A DNA stretch of 55,543 bases from Candidatus Nanopelagicales bacterium. Its GTDB lineage: Bacteria; Actinomycetota; Actinomycetes; S36-B12; CAIYMF01. The stretch is from positions 1-55,543 of the forward strand of contig DASSQW010000104.1 of NCBI GenBank assembly GCA_035702165.1. Direction: 5' to 3'. A model generated the notes under the pieces. That model had not been told where the DNA came from and ran no database searches. It saw only the letters and a program-made list of their open reading frames with translations. Of this stretch, positions 40,084 to 50,106 are shown in pieces (position 1 is the first letter of the stretch; every line of letters begins with the position of its first letter). Position numbers and translations under genes: made by a program.

Positions 40084-41742
40084 ATGACGTCAGCTGGAAG
40101 CGCTGCCCCGGGCCTCGGGCCGGTCGTCGGCACGCCCGCGTGGCAGGCAGTCGCCGACCACCGCGCCGCCTGGGGCGGCACGACGATCCGCGACCTGTTC
40201 GCGACCGACAAGGGTCGCGCGACGCGCCTGGCGCTGGACGCCGGCGGCATCCACGCCGACCTCTCCAAGCACCGCGTCACCGACGAGACCCTCGGCCTGC
40301 TGGTCCGCCTGGCCGAGGAGCGCGGGCTGCCCGAGCGCATCGACGCGATGTTCTCCGGCACGCGGATCAACACGACGGAGAACCGCTCGGTCCTGCACGT
40401 CGCGCTGCGGATGCCGGCGGGCGAGTCGCTCGTCGTCGATGGCGTCGACGTCGTGGCCGAGGTGCAGCAGGTGCTCGCCTCGATGGGCGAGTTCTGCGAC
40501 CGCGTGCGCAGCGACGAGTGGCGCGGCAGCACGGGCAAGCCGATCCGCGCTGTCGTCAACATCGGCATCGGCGGATCGGACCTCGGTCCGGTCATGGCCT
40601 ACAAGGCGCTGCGCTTCCAGTCGCGCCGCGACATCGCGTTCCGCTTCGTGTCCAACGTCGACGGCACCGACATCGTCGAGGCGACCCTCGACCTCGATCC
40701 GGCGGAGACGCTGTTCATCGTGTCGAGCAAGACGTTCACGACGCAGGAGACGATGACCAACGCGCACACCGCGCGCTCCTGGCTGCTCGCCGGCCTCGGC
40801 CCTGACGCCGACGTGTCCAAGCATTTCGTCGCCGTCTCCACGAACAGGGCGGAGGTCGAGAAGTTCGGCATCGACACCGCGAACATGTTCGGTTTCTGGG
40901 AGTGGGTCGGCGGTCGCTACTCGATGGACTCCGCGATCGGGCTCTCGCTGATGCTCGCGATCGGTCCGGACGGGTTCCGCGACCTGCTCGCCGGCTTCCA
41001 CGCGACCGACCAGCACCTGCGTACGACGTCCCTCGACCGCAACCTTCCGGTGCTCATGGGTCTCGTCGGCCTCTGGTACCGCGACTTCTGGGGCGCTCAG
41101 GCGCAGGTGGTGCTGCCCTACGAGCAGTACCTCGAGCGGTTCCCGGCGTACCTCCAGCAGCTCACGATGGAGAGCAACGGCAAGTCGGTCACCATCGACG
41201 GCCAGCCCGTCGGGGTCGACACCGGGGCGATCTGGTGGGGCGAGCCCGGCACGAACGGGCAGCACTCGTTCTACCAGCTGCTGCACCAGGGGACGACGCC
41301 CGTGCCGGCCGACTTCATCATGTTCGCCCAGCCGGTCAACGACGTCGGGGACCACCACGACAAGCTGATCGCCAACGTGCTCGCGCAGGCGCACGTCCTC
41401 GCGTTCGGCCGCACCGCCGACGAGGTGCGCGCCGACGGCGTCGCCGAGGATCTCGTGCCGCACAAGGTGATGCCGGGCGACCGTCCCTCGAGCACGCTGA
41501 TGCTCGAGAGGCTCACGCCGTACGCGCTCGGCTCGCTCGTCGCGCTCTACGAGCACGTCGTGCTGACGCAGGGCGTCGTCTGGGGCGTCGACTCGTTCGA
41601 CCAGTGGGGTGTCGAGCTCGGCAAGGCGATGGCGGGGCAGCTGCTGCCGGGTCTCACGGCCGACGACGTCCCCGACTTCTCCCACTTCGACCCGAGCACG
41701 GCGGCGCTGGCCATGCGCTACCGGTCTCTGCGCGGGCGCTGA
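40084..41742 (+). CDS. pgi: Glucose-6-phosphate isomerase
   Basis: [46 protein letters not shown]; AAGGAG RBS (start 40081 or 40084). Confidence 0.97.
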   Translation: MTSAGSAAPGLGPVVGTPAWQAVADHRAAWGGTTIRDLFATDKGRATRLALDAGGIHADLSKHRVTDETLGLLVRLAEERGLPERIDAMFSGTRINTTENRSVLHVALRMPAGESLVVDGVDVVAEVQQVLASMGEFCDRVRSDEWRGSTGKPIRAVVNIGIGGSDLGPVMAYKALRFQSRRDIAFRFVSNVDGTDIVEATLDLDPAETLFIVSSKTFTTQETMTNAHTARSWLLAGLGPDADVSKHFVAVSTNRAEVEKFGIDTANMFGFWEWVGGRYSMDSAIGLSLMLAIGPDGFRDLLAGFHATDQHLRTTSLDRNLPVLMGLVGLWYRDFWGAQAQVVLPYEQYLERFPAYLQQLTMESNGKSVTIDGQPVGVDTGAIWWGEPGTNGQHSFYQLLHQGTTPVPADFIMFAQPVNDVGDHHDKLIANVLAQAHVLAFGRTADEVRADGVAEDLVPHKVMPGDRPSSTLMLERLTPYALGSLVALYEHVVLTQGVVWGVDSFDQWGVELGKAMAGQLLPGLTADDVPDFSHFDPSTAALAMRYRSLRGR

Positions 41743-41746
41743 ACCC

Positions 41747-43051
41747 GTGGCCGACGCCGGCACGCTGCGCGAGGCGGGGGAGTCCGCGTGGTCGTGGGTC
41801 CGCTCCCAGGTGCGCGACGACGACGGCCCCTGGGCGCCCGAGTGGGTCCGTGACGAGCCGGCGGAGCCGCTCGCGGTCGACCGCGACGCGCTGTACTGCG
41901 GCATCGCAGGGTGGGCTCCGCTGCTGACCGAGCTGGCTCGTCACCGCGCGCCGAACGCCGAGGAGCAGGTGCTGCGGGACGCGGTCGTGCAGCGGCTCGG
42001 CACCGAGGCGACACGGTGCGTGGACGCGAGCCTCTACGTCGGGACCGCCGGGCACGCGTGCGCGCTCGCCGAGCTGGGCGCGGACGCTCGTCCGGCGCTC
42101 GCGCACCTGTCCGCCACCGTCGGCGACCGCGGCTGGCCGGACCCGGGCGGCTCCGCCTACGTCAACGACGTCATCGGCGGGACGGCCGGGATCGTCCTCG
42201 CCGGCTGCTACCTCGGCGGATCGGACGGTCTCGCGGTCGCGTCTGCCGGGGCCGACCGGCTGCTGCGGACCGCGGTACCCACCGAGGACGGCCTCGACTG
42301 GGCGATGGCGCCGGAGCACTCGTCGCTCATGCCCAACTTCTCCCACGGCACCGCCGGGGTGTCGACAGCCCTCGTCGTGGCTGGAGCCGCCCTGCGCCGC
42401 GACGACCTGGTCGAGGCCGCGCTCGCGGGCACCCGGCACCTCCTCGGCCTCGCCGACCTCTCGGCCGACGGGTTCGTGCTGCCGATGGTCATCCCTCCGC
42501 AGGAGGACCGCGAGCGCGTGACGTTCGGCTGGTGCCACGGACCGACGGGGACGTCGTACCTCTTCGCTGCGCTCGCCCACGCGGGCGTCGAGTCCGTCGA
42601 CGGGTTCGCGACGGCCGACCTGCGCGCGCGCTGCATCCGCGCGGTGATGGCGTCGGGTGTCCCGGCGCGCGTGCGACCCGGCTTCTGGGACAACGACGGT
42701 CGCTGCTGCGGCACGGCCGGCGTCGGGGAGATGCTGCTCGACGCCGCGCAGGACGCCGACGACCCGACGTACGCGGCCTGGCTCCTCGACTCGGCGGTGG
42801 TGATGGCCGACGCGATCCTCGCCCGCTCGATCACCGACGAGCAGGGCACGCGCTGGCGCTCCGTCGAGCACCGAAACGAGGACCCGCTGCTCCCGCCGAA
42901 CACGACGTGGATGCAGGGTGCGGCCGGGATCGCGGCCTTCCTCCTGCGGCTGTCCCGCGTGCTCGCCGACGGCCTGCGCGTCCCGGTCGTGGCGGGCCCG
43001 GACCGGTGGTGGGCCGTGCCCGAGGCGCTGCGCGTGCCCCTGGGCGGCTGA
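41747..43051 (+). CDS. Stand-alone lanthionine synthetase C-like (LanC/LanCL) protein
   Basis: Repeated GxAG barrel motifs (LYCGIAG, LYVGTAG, IGGTAG, FSHGTAG, WCHGPTG, CCGTAG, WMQGAAG); GTG 4 nt after the pgi stop. Confidence 0.88.
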   Translation: MADAGTLREAGESAWSWVRSQVRDDDGPWAPEWVRDEPAEPLAVDRDALYCGIAGWAPLLTELARHRAPNAEEQVLRDAVVQRLGTEATRCVDASLYVGTAGHACALAELGADARPALAHLSATVGDRGWPDPGGSAYVNDVIGGTAGIVLAGCYLGGSDGLAVASAGADRLLRTAVPTEDGLDWAMAPEHSSLMPNFSHGTAGVSTALVVAGAALRRDDLVEAALAGTRHLLGLADLSADGFVLPMVIPPQEDRERVTFGWCHGPTGTSYLFAALAHAGVESVDGFATADLRARCIRAVMASGVPARVRPGFWDNDGRCCGTAGVGEMLLDAAQDADDPTYAAWLLDSAVVMADAILARSITDEQGTRWRSVEHRNEDPLLPPNTTWMQGAAGIAAFLLRLSRVLADGLRVPVVAGPDRWWAVPEALRVPLGG

Positions 43052-43068
43052 ATCCGATCGGGGCCGGC

Positions 43069-43095
43069 TGTCGATCCGGGGCGGTCCCGTTCGTC
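43069..43095 (+). promoter_or_regulatory. Possible ECF (ECF42-type) sigma promoter
   Basis: TGTCGA (43069-43074), 17 nt spacer, CGTC (43092-43095) upstream of the DUF1059 gene. Confidence 0.4.
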
Positions 43096-43158
43096 GTGAA
43101 GGTGTCCGAGGCCGCGCGGGACGCCCGCCGGTCCCCTCCGCACCGACAGGAGCACGTC

Positions 43159-43335
43159 ATGGCCTACTCGTTCGCCTGCGCCAGCCTGGGCGCTCCCTGC
43201 CCCGGCTCCTTCACCACCGAGAGCAAGGACGAGCTCATGGAGCACGTCTCGCTGCACGCCGCGAAGAACCACCCCGACCTCGCGGGCAACCCCGAGGCGG
43301 GCGCGCTGCTCGAGGGCGCGATCGTCACGGTCTGA
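43159..43335 (+). CDS. DUF1059 small metal-binding protein
   Basis: FAC..LG..C....TESKDELMEHV..HAAKNH pattern; AGGAG RBS. Confidence 0.85.
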   Translation: MAYSFACASLGAPCPGSFTTESKDELMEHVSLHAAKNHPDLAGNPEAGALLEGAIVTV

Positions 43336-43347
43336 CAGCAGCACCCC

Positions 43348-43379
43348 CGGAGGCCGGTGCCGCGAGGCACCGGCCTCCG
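43348..43379 (+). terminator. Stem-loop after DUF1059 gene
   Basis: CGGAGGCCGGTGCC-GCGA-GGCACCGGCCTCCG, perfect 14-bp stem with GNRA loop. Confidence 0.75.
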
Positions 43380-43454
43380 ACCACGCATCGTGCGGTCGCG
43401 CTGACGCGGTGACGCGACGGGTCCACACTGGAGGACCTGGAAGGGGTGGTCGAC

Positions 43455-43676
43455 ATGGGGGACACCGGGCTCATCGTGCTGGTCGTGATGGCGATCGCGA
43501 TCGGAGCCGCGTGGATCGGCTACGCCGTGGCCTCGCCCGCAGGCAGACGCCGCATCGAGGCACGCCGCGAGGCCCGCAGCAGGGCGATCATCGCGCGCTC
43601 GCCGGGCTCGGCCCACGAGGCCGCATCACATCGACCCACGAACGGCGTGTCCGAGGACTCGGCGTACGGCGGCTGA
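43455..43676 (+). CDS. Small single-TM hypothetical protein
   Basis: GLIVLVVMAIAIGAAWIGYAV followed by a basic stretch; GAAGGGG RBS-like sequence. Confidence 0.6.
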   Translation: MGDTGLIVLVVMAIAIGAAWIGYAVASPAGRRRIEARREARSRAIIARSPGSAHEAASHRPTNGVSEDSAYGG

Positions 43677-43679
43677 CGC

Positions 43680-44543
43680 CTACTTCGGGTCGTCGGCGCC
43701 GCGGCGGCGCAGGTAGCGCTCGAACTCACGGGCGATCGCGTCGCCCGACGCCTCGGGGAGGTCGGCGGTGTCGACCGCCTCCTCGAGCTGGTGCACGTAG
43801 GCCGCGATCTCCTCGTCCTCGCCGGCGAGCTCGTCCACGCCGATCTGCCAGGCGCGGCTCTCCTCGGGCAGGTCGCCGAGCGGGACCGGAACGTCGAGCA
43901 GGTCCTCGATCCGCGCGAGCAGCGCGAGGGTGGCCTTGGGGCACGGCGGCTGCGCGACGTAGTGCGGCACCGCGGCCCACAGCGAGACGGCGGGGATGCC
44001 GGCCTGCGCGCACGCGTCCTGCAGCACTCCGACGATGCCGGTGGGGCCCTCGTACGTCGACGGCTCGTAGCCCATCCGGAGCGCGATGTCGCCGTCGGTC
44101 GACGTACCGCTGACCGGCACCGGGCGGGTGTGCGGGCTGTCGGCGAGCAGCGCTCCCAGCGTGACGACCATCTCGACGCCGAGCTCGCGGGCCACGCCGA
44201 GCAGCTCCTGGGTGAACGCCCGCCAGCGCATGGACGGCTCGATGCCGGAGACGAGCACGACGTCGCGCGTCGCGAGCGGGATCCGGGCGACGGAGATGCG
44301 GGTGGTGGGCCAGGTGATGCTGCGGACGCCGTCGTCGATGGTGACCTCGGGGCGGTTGACCTGGAAGTCGTAGTAGTCCTCGGGGTCGAGCTCGGCGACC
44401 TGGGTCGCCGACCAGACCTCCTCGAGGTGCAGCACGGCGCCGCTCGCGGCGTCGCCGGCGTCGTTCCAGCCCTCGAAGGCGCAGAGCATCACAGGATCGA
44501 CGAGCTCGGGCAGCGACTCGGGCAGTCCCTCGAACTCGATCAC
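43680..44543 (-). CDS. PAC2 (proteasome assembly chaperone) family protein
   Basis: AFEGWNDAGDAAS, YYDFQVNRP, LGALLADSPHTRP, YEGPTGIVG, WAAVPHY, EFERYL. Confidence 0.95.
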   Translation of the reverse strand: MIEFEGLPESLPELVDPVMLCAFEGWNDAGDAASGAVLHLEEVWSATQVAELDPEDYYDFQVNRPEVTIDDGVRSITWPTTRISVARIPLATRDVVLVSGIEPSMRWRAFTQELLGVARELGVEMVVTLGALLADSPHTRPVPVSGTSTDGDIALRMGYEPSTYEGPTGIVGVLQDACAQAGIPAVSLWAAVPHYVAQPPCPKATLALLARIEDLLDVPVPLGDLPEESRAWQIGVDELAGEDEEIAAYVHQLEEAVDTADLPEASGDAIAREFERYLRRRGADDPK

Positions 44544-44670
44544 CGGCTGCCACCTCTCGCCCTGCGCGCGGCCCGGCCGACCGCGTCCCCGCCACCGTAC
44601 GCCCCGCCTCGGACGAGCGCCGGACCAACGCGCTGAGGCGACCCTTCGTGCCGCCGATAGGGTGGAGCCG

Positions 44671-47600
44671 ATGTCTGGACCCGATGCCGCCCGTGCCGCA
44701 GCGCTCCGCGAGGCCCTGGCCTCGCGCGTCGTCGTGGCCGACGGCGCCATGGGCACGATGCTGCAGGCCCACGACCTGACGCTCGACGACTTCCAGGGCC
44801 TCGAGGGCTGCAACGAGATCCTCAACGTCTCGCGGCCCGACGTCGTCCTCGCCGTCCACGACGCCTACTTCGCCGTCGGCGTCGACGCCGTGGAGACCAA
44901 CACCTTCGGGGCCAACCTGGCGAACCTGGGGGAGTACGCGATCCCCGGGCGGATCGAGGAGCTGGCCCAGGCGGGCGCCGCCCTCGCCCGCGAGGTCGCC
45001 GACGGCTGGTCGGCCGACGGCCGCCCGCGCTGGGTGCTCGGCTCGGTCGGCCCCGGCACGAAGCTGCCGACCTTCGGCCATGCCCGGTACGCCGACCTGC
45101 GCGACGCCTACGAGGCCCAGGCCCGCGGGATGATCGCGGGCGGCGCAGACGCCATCCTGGTCGAGACCGCGCAGGACCTGCTGCAGGCCAAGGCGGCGAC
45201 CGTCGGCGCGCGACGTGCCATCGCGGCGTCAGGTGTCGACGTACCGGTCATCGTGTCGGTGACCGTCGAGACCACCGGCACGATGCTCGTCGGCTCCGAG
45301 ATCGGTGCCGCGCTGACGGCGCTGGAACCGCTGGGCATCGACATGATCGGCCTCAACTGCGCGACCGGCCCGGCTGAGATGAGCGAGCACCTGCGCCACC
45401 TCGCGCGCCACGCCCAGGTGGGTGTCTCGTGCATGCCGAACGCGGGCCTCCCTGTGCTCACGGCCGAAGGGGCGCACTACCCGCTGACTCCGCAGCAGCT
45501 CGCCGACGCGCACGACACGTTCACCCGCGAGTACGGTCTGGGCCTGGTGGGCGGCTGCTGCGGGACGACGCCCGAGCACCTGCGCCTTGTCGTGGAGCGG
45601 GTCGGTGGACGCGAGATCGTCGCGCGCTCGCCGCGTCGCGACCCGGGCGCGTCGAGCATGTACCAGCACGTGCCGTTCCGGCAGGACACCGCCTACCTCG
45701 CCATCGGCGAGCGCACGAACGCCAACGGCTCCAAGCAGTTCCGCGAGGCGATGCTCGAGGAGCGCTGGGACGACTGCGTGCGCATCGCCAAGGACCAGAT
45801 CAAGGACGGCGCACACCTGCTCGACGTCTGCATCGACTACGTCGGACGCGACGGCGTCGCGGACGTGCGCGAGATCGTCGGCCGGTTCGCGACCGCGTCG
45901 ACCATCCCGCTGGTGATCGACTCGACCGAGCCGCCCGTCGTCGAGGCGGCGCTCGAGATGATCGGCGGTCGCGCCGTCGTGAACTCCGTGAACTACGAGG
46001 ACGGCGACGCCCCCGGCTCGCGCATCAGCCGGATGATGCCCATCGTCAAGGAGCACGGCGCCGCCGTCGTGGCGCTGACCATCGACGAGCAGGGCCAGGC
46101 GCGCACGGCCGAGTGGAAGGTGCGGGTCGCCGACCGGCTCGTGCGCGATCTCGTCGACAACTGGGGCATGCGGCCCGAGGACATCCTCGTCGACTGCCTG
46201 ACCTTCCCGATCGCCACCGGCCAGGAGGAGACCCGTCGCGACGGGCTCGAGACGATCGAGGCGATCAAGGAGCTCAAGCGGCTGCACCCCGACGTGCAGA
46301 CCACGCTCGGGGTCTCCAACGTCTCGTTCGGTCTCAACCCGGCGTCGCGCATCGTCCTGAACTCGGTGTTCCTGCACGAGTGCGTGGACGCCGGCCTCGA
46401 CTCCGCGATCGCGCACGCGTCGAAGATCGTGCCCATGGCGCGCATCCCCGACGAGCAGCGCGAGGCCGCGCTCGACATGGTCTACGACCGCCGCCGCTAC
46501 GCTGCCGACGGCATCCTCGAGTACGACCCGCTCGCGCGGTTCCTCGAGCTCTTCGAGGGGGTCGATGCGTCCGATCTGGCGAAGGCGCGGGCCGACGAGC
46601 TGCTCACCCTCCCGCTCGACGAGCGGCTGCAGCGGCGCATTGTCGACGGCGAGCGCAACGGCCTCGAGGCCGACCTCGAGGAGGCGCTGCGCGATCGCAG
46701 CGCGCTCGAGGTCGTCAACGACGTCCTGCTCGAGGGCATGAAGACGGTCGGCGACCTCTTCGGCCGCGGCGAGATGCAGCTGCCGTTCGTGCTCCAGAGC
46801 GCCGAGGTGATGAAGACCGCGGTCGCCTACCTCGAGCCGTTCATGGAACGCAGCGGGGACGAGGGCAAGGGCACCATCGTGCTGGCCACGGTCAAGGGCG
46901 ACGTGCACGACATCGGCAAGAACCTCGTCGACATCATCCTGAGCAACAACGGCTACTCCGTCGTGAACCTCGGCATCAAGGTGCCGGTCGCCGAGATCAT
47001 CGAGCAGGCCGAGAACGCCGGCGCCGACGCGATCGGGATGAGCGGCCTGCTCGTGAAGAGCACCGTGGTCATGCGCGAGAACCTCGAGGAGATCACCCTC
47101 CGCGGCGTCTCCGACAAGTACCCCGTCCTCCTGGGCGGCGCCGCGCTCACCCGCGCGTACGTCGAGGAGGACCTCGCGTCGCTGTTCCCCGGGACCGTGC
47201 GCTACGCGCGCGACGCCTTCGAGGGCTTGCGCCTCATGGACGCGATCATGGGCGTCAAACGGGGCGTGCCCGGTGCGGCGCTGCCCGAGCTCCGCGGCCG
47301 TCGCGTGCGGTCGTCGGCGTCCGCGCTCGAGCAGACCGCGATCGAGGACATGCCGGCGCGGTCCGACGTCGCCATCGACAACTCCGTCCCGACGCCGCCG
47401 TTCTGGGGCTCGCGCGTCGTACGCGGGATCGCACTCGCCGACTACGTCCCCTACCTCGACGAGCGCGCGACCTTCCTCGGCCAGTGGGGCCTCAAGCCGT
47501 CGCGCGGCCAGGGCGGCGCGTCGTACGACGAGCTCGTCGAGACGGAGGGGCGGCCGCGCCTGCGGATGTGGCTCGACCGCGTGCACACCGAGAGCCTGCT

Positions 47601-48195
47601 CGAGGCGGCTGTCGTCTACGGCTACTTCCCGTGCGTGAGCGACGGCGACGACCTCGTGATCCTGCATCACGAGGGGCCGCTCGAGGGCCAGGAGCGGGTC
47701 CGGCTCACGTTCCCGCGCCAGCGTCGCGACCGTCACCTCTGCCTCTCGGACTTCTTCCGCCCGAAGGGTTCCGGCGAGACCGACGTCATCGCGTTCCACG
47801 TCGTGACGATGGGTTCGGCGGTGTCGCGCGCCACCGCGGAGCTGTTCGAGAAGAACGCCTACCGCGACTATCTCGAGCTGCACGGGCTGTCGGTCCAGCT
47901 CACCGAGGCGCTCGCCGAGATGTGGCACGCGCGCGTGCGTGGAGAGCTCGGCTTCGCCGGCGAGGACGACTCCGACATGGATGCCCTCATCGCCAAGCAG
48001 GGCTACCGCGGGTCGCGGTACTCCTTCGGCTACCCCGCGTGCCCCGACGTCGAGCAGCAGGCGGTGCTCGTGGACCTGCTCGAGCCTGGCCGCATCGGCG
48101 TGGAGCTCAGCGAGGAGTTCCAGCTGCACCCCGAGCAGTCGACGTCGGCGCTGATCGTGCACCACCCCGAGGCGAAGTACTTCAACGCCACATGA
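44671..48195 (+). CDS. metH: Cobalamin-dependent methionine synthase
   Basis: DGAMGTMLQ, GLNCATGP, GGCCGT, IGERTNANGS, B12 motif GDVHDIGKN, RYSFGYPACP. Confidence 0.98.
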   Translation: MSGPDAARAAALREALASRVVVADGAMGTMLQAHDLTLDDFQGLEGCNEILNVSRPDVVLAVHDAYFAVGVDAVETNTFGANLANLGEYAIPGRIEELAQAGAALAREVADGWSADGRPRWVLGSVGPGTKLPTFGHARYADLRDAYEAQARGMIAGGADAILVETAQDLLQAKAATVGARRAIAASGVDVPVIVSVTVETTGTMLVGSEIGAALTALEPLGIDMIGLNCATGPAEMSEHLRHLARHAQVGVSCMPNAGLPVLTAEGAHYPLTPQQLADAHDTFTREYGLGLVGGCCGTTPEHLRLVVERVGGREIVARSPRRDPGASSMYQHVPFRQDTAYLAIGERTNANGSKQFREAMLEERWDDCVRIAKDQIKDGAHLLDVCIDYVGRDGVADVREIVGRFATASTIPLVIDSTEPPVVEAALEMIGGRAVVNSVNYEDGDAPGSRISRMMPIVKEHGAAVVALTIDEQGQARTAEWKVRVADRLVRDLVDNWGMRPEDILVDCLTFPIATGQEETRRDGLETIEAIKELKRLHPDVQTTLGVSNVSFGLNPASRIVLNSVFLHECVDAGLDSAIAHASKIVPMARIPDEQREAALDMVYDRRRYAADGILEYDPLARFLELFEGVDASDLAKARADELLTLPLDERLQRRIVDGERNGLEADLEEALRDRSALEVVNDVLLEGMKTVGDLFGRGEMQLPFVLQSAEVMKTAVAYLEPFMERSGDEGKGTIVLATVKGDVHDIGKNLVDIILSNNGYSVVNLGIKVPVAEIIEQAENAGADAIGMSGLLVKSTVVMRENLEEITLRGVSDKYPVLLGGAALTRAYVEEDLASLFPGTVRYARDAFEGLRLMDAIMGVKRGVPGAALPELRGRRVRSSASALEQTAIEDMPARSDVAIDNSVPTPPFWGSRVVRGIALADYVPYLDERATFLGQWGLKPSRGQGGASYDELVETEGRPRLRMWLDRVHTESLLEAAVVYGYFPCVSDGDDLVILHHEGPLEGQERVRLTFPRQRRDRHLCLSDFFRPKGSGETDVIAFHVVTMGSAVSRATAELFEKNAYRDYLELHGLSVQLTEALAEMWHARVRGELGFAGEDDSDMDALIAKQGYRGSRYSFGYPACPDVEQQAVLVDLLEPGRIGVELSEEFQLHPEQSTSALIVHHPEAKYFNAT

Positions 48196-48896
48196 GCGCC
48201 GAGCCCCTCGCGACCGCCGCCCTGCCCGCCGCCGTCCTGTTCGACATGGACGGGCTGCTGGTCGAGACCGAGCACCTCTGGTACCAGGCCGAGCTGGGCG
48301 TGATCGACGAGCTCGGCGGGCACTGGACGCCCGAGCACCAGGAGGTGCTCGTCGGAGGCCCGCTCGAGAAGGCGGTCGAGCTGCTCATCGACGCCGCCGG
48401 TGGCGGCCACGACCCCGACGACGTCATGACCCTCCTGCTCGACCGGATGGAGGCGCTGCTGCGCACCGAGCCGGTGCACTGGCGGCCCGGCGCGCCGCAG
48501 CTGCTGTCGGCGCTCGAGGTCGCCGGTGTGCCGCGGGCCCTCGTGTCGGCGTCGTGGCGGCGCCTCGTCGACGCCGTGCACGACGCGGTCCTGCACGAGC
48601 TGGGTCACGAGCTGTTCGACGTCACCGTGGCGGGCGACGACATCGAGCGCACCAAGCCCTACCCCGACCCCTACCTGCACGCTGCGGCGCGGATCGGGGT
48701 CGACCCGCGCCACTGCGTGGTGCTCGAGGACTCGCACACCGGCTCGCGCGCCGGCCTCGCGTCGGGCGCGTTCGTCGTCGCGGTGCCGTCGCTCGTCCCG
48801 ATCGAGCCCGAGCCCGGACTGGTGGTGGTGACCTCGCTCGAGGAGGTCACGCCCGAGCTGCTCGGCAGCTGGTCGCACGCGTGGAGCCCGCGCTGA
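48192..48896 (+). CDS. HAD family phosphatase
   Basis: FDMDGLLVETE, KPYPDPY, LEDS; ATGA overlap with metH. Confidence 0.93.
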   Translation: MSAEPLATAALPAAVLFDMDGLLVETEHLWYQAELGVIDELGGHWTPEHQEVLVGGPLEKAVELLIDAAGGGHDPDDVMTLLLDRMEALLRTEPVHWRPGAPQLLSALEVAGVPRALVSASWRRLVDAVHDAVLHELGHELFDVTVAGDDIERTKPYPDPYLHAAARIGVDPRHCVVLEDSHTGSRAGLASGAFVVAVPSLVPIEPEPGLVVVTSLEEVTPELLGSWSHAWSPR

Positions 48897-48954
48897 TCGT
48901 CGCCCGGCCGGATGGCCAGCGGCGCGCCGGCGGGGCCAGGCGACGGGTGGGAGC

Positions 48955-50040
48955 GTGACCTGGGTCGTCGACGACGTCCTGCGCGTCGCGCCGATCCTGG
49001 TCTTCCTGCTCAGCATCACCGTCGTGGCAGAGCTCGCCGACGCCGCGGGGGTCTTCGAGTCGGCTGCCTCTCTCGCCAGCCGCCAGGGCGGGGGATCGGT
49101 GCTGCGCCTCTGGCTGCTGCTCGTCGGTCTGGCCGCCGCGTGCACCGTGCTGCTGTCCCTGGACACCACCGCGGTGCTGCTGACGCCGGTGGTGCTCACG
49201 GTGGCCCGCCACCTCGGCGTACGCCCGTGGCCGTTCGCCCTCGCGACGGTCTGGCTCGCGAACACCGCGTCGCTGCTGCTGCCGGTCTCGAACCTCACCA
49301 ACCTGCTCCTCGTCGACCAGGTCGGCTGGAGCGTCGCGACGTATGTCGGACGGATGTGGCTGCCCGCGATCGTCGCGATCGCCGTGAGCGTGGGGCTGCT
49401 GCTCCTCCTCCTGCGCCGCTCGCTCGGCGGCCGCTACGAGCACCCCGACGCGCCTGTTCCGCACGACGTGGTGCTGTTCCGCACGGCGCTCGCGGTGTGC
49501 CTGCTCCTGGGTCCGGCCTTCGTGCTCGGGGTGCCGCCGTGGATCGTCGGCTGCGTCGCAGCGGCGGTCCTCGTCGTGGTCTTCGCGGCTCGGTCGCGCT
49601 CGACGCTCCGGCTCGGGCTGGTGCCCTGGCAGCTCGTCGTCACGACGCTCGCGCTCTTCCTCGTCGTCGGCCTGCTCGAGCAGCACGGCCTCACCGCCTG
49701 GCTCACGACCATCGCGGGCACGGCGTCCGACGGTCCGGTCGCGTTGCTGCGCACGACGTTCGTCGGCGCGGCGGCGAGCAACCTGGTCAACAACCTGCCG
49801 GCCTACGTCGCCCTCGAGCCGGTCGCGGCCTCCTCGCCCGATCGGCTGCTGGCGCTTCTCGTCGGCACCAACCTCGGACCGCTGATCACGCTCTGGGGCT
49901 CGCTCGCGACGCTGCTGTGGCGCGACCGGTGCCGCTCGGGTGGCCTCGACGTCGGGGCGTCCCGGTTCGCGCTCGCCGGCGCGGTCGGCGTCCCGATCCT
50001 GCTGCTGACGACGACGCTCGCCCTCTGGCTCACCCGCTGA
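48955..50040 (+). CDS. ArsB/NhaD/SLC13-type ion transporter
   Basis: LSLDTTAVLLTPV, ANTASLLLPVSNLTNL, NLVNNLPA, NLGP..GSLATLLW. Confidence 0.9.
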   Translation: MTWVVDDVLRVAPILVFLLSITVVAELADAAGVFESAASLASRQGGGSVLRLWLLLVGLAAACTVLLSLDTTAVLLTPVVLTVARHLGVRPWPFALATVWLANTASLLLPVSNLTNLLLVDQVGWSVATYVGRMWLPAIVAIAVSVGLLLLLLRRSLGGRYEHPDAPVPHDVVLFRTALAVCLLLGPAFVLGVPPWIVGCVAAAVLVVVFAARSRSTLRLGLVPWQLVVTTLALFLVVGLLEQHGLTAWLTTIAGTASDGPVALLRTTFVGAAASNLVNNLPAYVALEPVAASSPDRLLALLVGTNLGPLITLWGSLATLLWRDRCRSGGLDVGASRFALAGAVGVPILLLTTTLALWLTR

Positions 50041-50106
50041 CGTTCCTCAGCGTCGACGCGTGTTGCGACGCCCCTCCGTCGGCGCCTCACCAGGCATCGA
50101 CGCGGG

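Noticed and set aside
43159-43335. Small Cys/Ser/Thr protein as a lanthipeptide precursor
   Set aside because: Cys residues are N-terminal in a DUF1059 metal-binding pattern; no leader/core layout and no dehydratase nearby
44544-44670. SAM or cobalamin riboswitch upstream of metH
   Set aside because: No recognisable aptamer motifs; a -10 hexamer 7 nt before the ATG suggests a leaderless transcript
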